Shown: piece after piece, positions 59,729 through 64,000 of the stretch
Layout of the letters: each line of letters opens with the position of its first letter
Numbering within the stretch: the stretch's first letter is position 1
DNA from: an uncultured delta proteobacterium
Lineage (GTDB): Bacteria > Myxococcota_A > UBA9160 > SZUA-336
Direction of reading: 5' to 3'
DNA length: 64,000 bases
NCBI GenBank assembly: GCA_963704165.1
Contig: CAVPHD010000006.1
Location: 32,001 to 96,000 of the forward strand
Notes under the pieces: model-generated
Databases searched by the model: none
The model's input: only the letters and a program-made list of their open reading frames with translations
Told to the model about the DNA's origin: nothing
Position numbers and translations under genes: made by a program

Positions 59729-62629
59729 ATGGACGAGTTGTTCGAGGCGGTGCGCGAGGCGTGCGACCGAGCCGTATGGTCGCGCGGCGTGGAGCTGGTG
59801 CGAAGCGGTTCGGTGCACGCGCAGACGAGCTCGGCCGACGAGGTCGTGATGCGCGTCGAGCTCCGAGCCGGTCGTGCGACTCCGGCCGTTCGCCTGTTTC
59901 CGCGCGAGGCCGCCTGGGAATGCGACTGCGACGGTCCCGACGATCCGTGCGAGCACGTCGCCGCGGCGGTGATCGCGTGGCGGCGCGCGCGCGAGGCGGG
60001 CGAGCCGCTGGCCGCGGTCGGCGCAGCGAGCGCGCGAATCGGCTACCGCCTGTCGCGAACGAAGGCGGGACTCGCGGTTGCGCGCGTCCTCGTTCGCGAT
60101 GGCGGCGACGAGCCGCTGACGGCGACGCTCTCCGCGTACGCGGCCGGAAGCGCCAGCGGACCTGCGCCACTCGCGAGTGCCGCAGACCTGGCCGTCGAGC
60201 GACTGATCGATCCGCGGCGTGCGACCGCGCCGCAGACTCCCGCGATGCAACGCCTGCTCGCCGCGCTGGTCGGCTGCGAAGACGTCTCGCTCGATGGCTC
60301 GGCCGTCTCGGTGTCGCTCGATCCGGTGCTGCCGATCGCGATCGTCGAGGATCGCGGCGACGGATTCGCGCTCAGCGTCGTGCCCGATCCCGACCACGAC
60401 GAGAGCTTCGCGAACGGCGTCGCGCGCTGCGGCGCGGTGATTCGCCCGCTCGGCGACCCTCACCTGAGCTCTCGCGAACGCGACGAGCTGCCGCGCGGTC
60501 GTTACTACCCGCTGGACGCCGCGGGTCGGCTCGTCTCCGAAGTGATTCCCGAGCTTCGAGCCCGGCTGCCGGTCGAGGTCCGCACCGAGCGCTTGCCGCG
60601 CGAGCAGGCGGAGCGCCCACGGATTCGCGCCCTCGTCGATCGCGAAGGCGACGCGCTCTCGGTTCGAGCGGAGCTCGTCTACGGCGACCCGCCCGTCGCG
60701 CGGATCGAGAACGGACGCCTCGTGGCGCTCGGCCGCAGCGCGGTGCCGCGGAGGATCGAGAGCGCGGAGGCGAGCCTCGAAAGTCGCCTCGAGCACGAGC
60801 TCGGCCTCGCGCCCGGCGAGTCGCTCTCGTTGCCGGCCGCGGAGGCGATCGCGTTCCGCGCACGGCTCGAGCGGTTCTCCGGCGACGTCGTCGGCCGCGC
60901 GCACGAGGAGTTCCGACTCGCGGCCGCGCTCGAACCCGGCCCCGTCACGGCCGGAGACCGCTTCGAGTTCGGGTTCGAATCGCGGGGCGGTGGTGGCCGC
61001 GTGGACGGCGCACGCGTGCTCCGCGCGTGGCAGGAGGGCGAGTCCCTCGTTCCGCTCGTCGGGGGCGGATTCGCACCGCTGCCGACCGACTGGCTCGAGA
61101 AGCACGGCCGGCGAGTCGCGGACCTCCTCGCCGCGCGTGCCAGCGATGGACGGCTGCCGACCTGTGCCCTGCCCGACCTGGCGCGCCTCTGCGAGGAGAT
61201 CGGCGAACCGGCTCCGCCCGGATTCGAACGGCTCCGCGCCCTGGTCGGGAGCTTCGAAGGCCTGCCCGAACCGAAGCTGCCTCCGGATCTCCGCGCCGAG
61301 CTGCGCGGGTACCAGCGAAGCGGTGTCGCGTGGCTGCAGTTCCTGCGCGAGGCCGGCCTCGGTGGGCTGCTCGCCGACGACATGGGTCTGGGAAAGACCC
61401 TGCAGGCGCTCTGCGCCTTGCACGGCCGCACGCTCGTCGTGGCGCCCACGAGCGTGCTCTTCGGATGGGCGGAGCAAGCCGGCCGGTTCCGCCCCGGCCT
61501 GCGCTGCAGCGTCTACCACGGCCCGAAGCGCGCGCTCGATCTCGACGCGAACCTCACGCTCACGAGCTACGCAATTCTGCGTCTCGACGCCGAGTCCCTC
61601 GCACGCGAGGCCTGGGACACGATCGTGCTCGACGAGGCACAGGCGATCAAGAATCCCGACAGCCAGATCGCGCGCGCCGCGTTCGCGCTGCGCGGCGAGT
61701 TCCGTCTGACGCTGACCGGCACGCCCGTCGAGAACCGGCTCGAGGAGCTCTGGAGCCAGCTTCACTTCGCGAACCCCGGCCTGCTCGGTTCGCTTCGCGA
61801 CTTCCGCGAACGCTACGCGCGATCGATCGCTGCGGGCGAGCCCGGCGCGGCCGCGCATCTGCGCGCGCGCATCGCGCCGTTCGTGCTGCGCAGGATGAAG
61901 GCGGTCGTCGCCGCGGAGCTGCCGCCCCGGACCGATGCGATCCTCCACTGCGAGCTCGATCCCGAGGAGCGCGCGGTCTACGACACCGTTCGCGCCGCTT
62001 CGCAGCGACAGGTCGTGGAGCGCTTGCAGCGGGGAGGCAACGTGCTCGAAGCGCTCGAGCTGCTGCTGCGCCTGCGACAGGCCGCCTGCCACCGCGCGCT
62101 GGTCCCCGGTCAAACGGCCTCGGGCTCGTCCAAGGTCGAGGTGCTGCTCGAAGCGCTCGACGAGGCCGCGGCCGAGGGCCACAAAGCTCTGGTCTTCTCC
62201 CAGTGGACAGGGCTGCTCGATCGGGTCGAACCGCACCTCCGCGCGGCCGGCATCCGATTCACCCGGCTCGATGGCAGCACGGTCGACCGGCAGGGCGTCG
62301 TCGAGGACTTCCAGTCGGCGGATGGCCCCCCTGTCCTTCTGATATCACTGCGCGCGGGAGGAACCGGACTGAACCTCACCGCGGCGGACCACGTATTCCT
62401 GCTCGACCCGTGGTGGAACCCCGCCGTCGAAGAGCAGGCCGCCGATCGCGCTCACCGCATCGGCCAGGACCGACCGGTCTCGGTCTACCGACTGGTCGCG
62501 CGAGACACGGTCGAGGAGCGAATCCTGGAGCTCCAGCAGCGCAAGCGCGCGTTGGCCGAGGCGGCCCTGTCGGGCGCCGATCACGCGAGCGCCATCACTC
62601 GAGAGGACCTGCTCGGGCTGCTCGCGTGA
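59729..62629 (+). CDS. SWIM-zinc-finger SNF2-family helicase
   Basis: 'CDC...CEH', 'LRGYQ', '[10 protein letters not shown]', 'DEAQ', 'TGTPVEN', 'GLNLT' and '[11 protein letters not shown]'. Confidence 0.93.
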   Translation: MDELFEAVREACDRAVWSRGVELVRSGSVHAQTSSADEVVMRVELRAGRATPAVRLFPREAAWECDCDGPDDPCEHVAAAVIAWRRAREAGEPLAAVGAASARIGYRLSRTKAGLAVARVLVRDGGDEPLTATLSAYAAGSASGPAPLASAADLAVERLIDPRRATAPQTPAMQRLLAALVGCEDVSLDGSAVSVSLDPVLPIAIVEDRGDGFALSVVPDPDHDESFANGVARCGAVIRPLGDPHLSSRERDELPRGRYYPLDAAGRLVSEVIPELRARLPVEVRTERLPREQAERPRIRALVDREGDALSVRAELVYGDPPVARIENGRLVALGRSAVPRRIESAEASLESRLEHELGLAPGESLSLPAAEAIAFRARLERFSGDVVGRAHEEFRLAAALEPGPVTAGDRFEFGFESRGGGGRVDGARVLRAWQEGESLVPLVGGGFAPLPTDWLEKHGRRVADLLAARASDGRLPTCALPDLARLCEEIGEPAPPGFERLRALVGSFEGLPEPKLPPDLRAELRGYQRSGVAWLQFLREAGLGGLLADDMGLGKTLQALCALHGRTLVVAPTSVLFGWAEQAGRFRPGLRCSVYHGPKRALDLDANLTLTSYAILRLDAESLAREAWDTIVLDEAQAIKNPDSQIARAAFALRGEFRLTLTGTPVENRLEELWSQLHFANPGLLGSLRDFRERYARSIAAGEPGAAAHLRARIAPFVLRRMKAVVAAELPPRTDAILHCELDPEERAVYDTVRAASQRQVVERLQRGGNVLEALELLLRLRQAACHRALVPGQTASGSSKVEVLLEALDEAAAEGHKALVFSQWTGLLDRVEPHLRAAGIRFTRLDGSTVDRQGVVEDFQSADGPPVLLISLRAGGTGLNLTAADHVFLLDPWWNPAVEEQAADRAHRIGQDRPVSVYRLVARDTVEERILELQQRKRALAEAALSGADHASAITREDLLGLLA

Positions 62630-62674
62630 GGTACGTCACAAAGCCCCGCCCGGGTGACGTCGATCACAGCCGTC

Positions 62675-63460
62675 ATGGACCGCGTTTGGCGTACTCCGGC
62701 CCGGCGAGCCGTCGATCGACCCGTTCCGGGTCCGGTGGGTTTCGGCAGCCAGGGGCCGAGTTTGAAGCTGTCAGGAATTCGCTTGGGGATCACGCGTGCG
62801 GCGCTCGGCGGCGCTCTCGCGCTCACCCTATCGGCGTGCCAGACGCCCTGGATCGCATCCGTGCCGCCAGAGCGAACCACGCTGCCCGCGACCGCGGTCG
62901 TCGGTCCCGTTGCGACCATCGCCGACATGCCGGTGGACCGCGCGGCGAACAGCCAGATCGCAGCCGTGCTTCTGAAACGAGCGCCGAAGCTCCAACCCCT
63001 CGATCGCGTACGCGTCGCGAGGGCGATCGACGATGCCCGGCGCAATCATCGCGTCGACCCTGTTCTGCTGCTGGCCATGATCCATCAGGAGAGCCGGTTC
63101 GACCCGAATGCGCGCGGTCCACGCGGCTCGCTCGGGCTGATGCAGGTTCGACCGTTCGTGGCCGCCGACGTCGCGCGTCGTCATCGGATTCCGTGGACCG
63201 GCAAAGAGACGCTCCTCGATCCCGCGGCCAACGTGCAGATCGGCGCCTGCTACCTCGGCGAGGTTCTCAGGATGTTTCCCGATCCGGACCTCGCGATCGC
63301 GGCCTACAACATGGGCCCGTACCGCGTTCGCCGGATGGTGAAGCGCGGCCAGCACCCTAAACCGGCCTATCTGACCTCCGTGTTGAAACACCTCCAGGCG
63401 CTCTCGACCGAGATGGGCCCGCTCGAATACGAGCCCGTCGAGGATTCGCTCGGCGAATAG
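62675..63460 (+). CDS. Lytic transglycosylase (SLT domain), probable lipoprotein
   Basis: 'QESRF', 'GLMQ' and 'AAYN.GP'; lipobox-like 'LSAC'. Start is uncertain. Confidence 0.88.
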   Translation: MDRVWRTPARRAVDRPVPGPVGFGSQGPSLKLSGIRLGITRAALGGALALTLSACQTPWIASVPPERTTLPATAVVGPVATIADMPVDRAANSQIAAVLLKRAPKLQPLDRVRVARAIDDARRNHRVDPVLLLAMIHQESRFDPNARGPRGSLGLMQVRPFVAADVARRHRIPWTGKETLLDPAANVQIGACYLGEVLRMFPDPDLAIAAYNMGPYRVRRMVKRGQHPKPAYLTSVLKHLQALSTEMGPLEYEPVEDSLGE

Positions 63461-63543
63461 CTCGCCCCATTCCCTGCTCCCGACGCGTTGACGCGCTCAG
63501 CGACAACCGCGATAAAGCCGATCGGAGTTGGATGAGGGGAGCG

Positions 63544-64000
63544 GTGTCGGAGTCGGCCGTCGAGCGTCGGATCGAAGGTCGGGCGCACGTCGATATGGTG
63601 AGCGTGCGACTCGCCTTCGGAGAGCGGCGCGTCTTCGACGGGCTCTCGTGCGGATTCCCGCGCGGCCAGATCTCGGTGATCCTCGGAGCGAGCGGCGTGG
63701 GCAAGAGCACGTTGCTGCGACTCGGCGCCGGTCTCTTGAGGCCGGACTATGGTGAGATCTGGGTCGACGAGGAAGAGATCTCGCGCATGCCCGAGGCTCG
63801 CCTGCGAACCATCCGGCGCGGGCTCGGCATGATGTTCCAGGGCGGCGCGCTGCTCGACTCGCTCACGGTCTTCGACAACGTCGCCCTCGCGCTTCGCGAG
63901 CACACGAAGCTCTCGGAGAGCGAGATCGAAGAAAAGGTCCACGCCCAGTTCGAAGCCGTGGGTCTCAAGAAGGTCGATGCACTGCTCCCCGGCCAGATCT
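63544..64000 (+). CDS. mlaF: MlaF/Ttg2A-type ABC ATPase (partial)
   Basis: Manual translation gives Walker A 'GASGVGKS' and 'GMMFQGGALLDSLTVFDNVAL'. It runs off the window end. Confidence 0.8.
   Translation, partial: MSESAVERRIEGRAHVDMVSVRLAFGERRVFDGLSCGFPRGQISVILGASGVGKSTLLRLGAGLLRPDYGEIWVDEEEISRMPEARLRTIRRGLGMMFQGGALLDSLTVFDNVALALREHTKLSESEIEEKVHAQFEAVGLKKVDALLPGQI

Noticed and set aside
56221..62629. Helicase pair as an anti-phage defence system
   Set aside because: No nuclease, DNA methylase or other defence partner is adjacent, and both architectures are common housekeeping types.

Overview
This is a very GC-rich bacterial chromosome segment, densely coding, with about 60 genes and one tRNA-Glu(TTC). 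It looks Gram-negative (PEP-CTERM protein, LolA-like and DUF1329 proteins, MlaF-type ATPase). A Myxococcota/deltaproteobacteria-like lineage is my inference only. Most content is lipid/xenobiotic catabolism and redox (flavin monooxygenase, OYE, SDRs, thiolase, crotonases, WS/DGAT, F420-type reductases, LLMs, MOSC, sulfatase, a StyC-like isomerase), ion homeostasis (CPA2, CrcB, MATE, a complete mrpA-G operon), a Grx4-fusion/BolA/HemH/Nth Fe-S operon, and two SF2 helicases. I saw no mobile element, CRISPR array or prophage. Many genes, including asnS, are frameshifted, mostly between 2.9 and 12.4 kb; this looks like sequencing error. Top leads: (1) an operon with an SCP2-like protein, a ligand-less ferritin-like paralog, an intact diiron ferritin-like paralog and WS/DGAT, resembling an uncharacterised alpha/beta diiron lipid-modifying enzyme; (2) a DUF3604-DUF1329-parvulin-HupE/UreJ operon; (3) seven genes with a TAnnnT hexamer exactly 6 nt before the start codon, suggesting leaderless mRNAs; (4) an orphan styrene-oxide-isomerase homolog. 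All family assignments come from motif recognition by eye; no searches were run.
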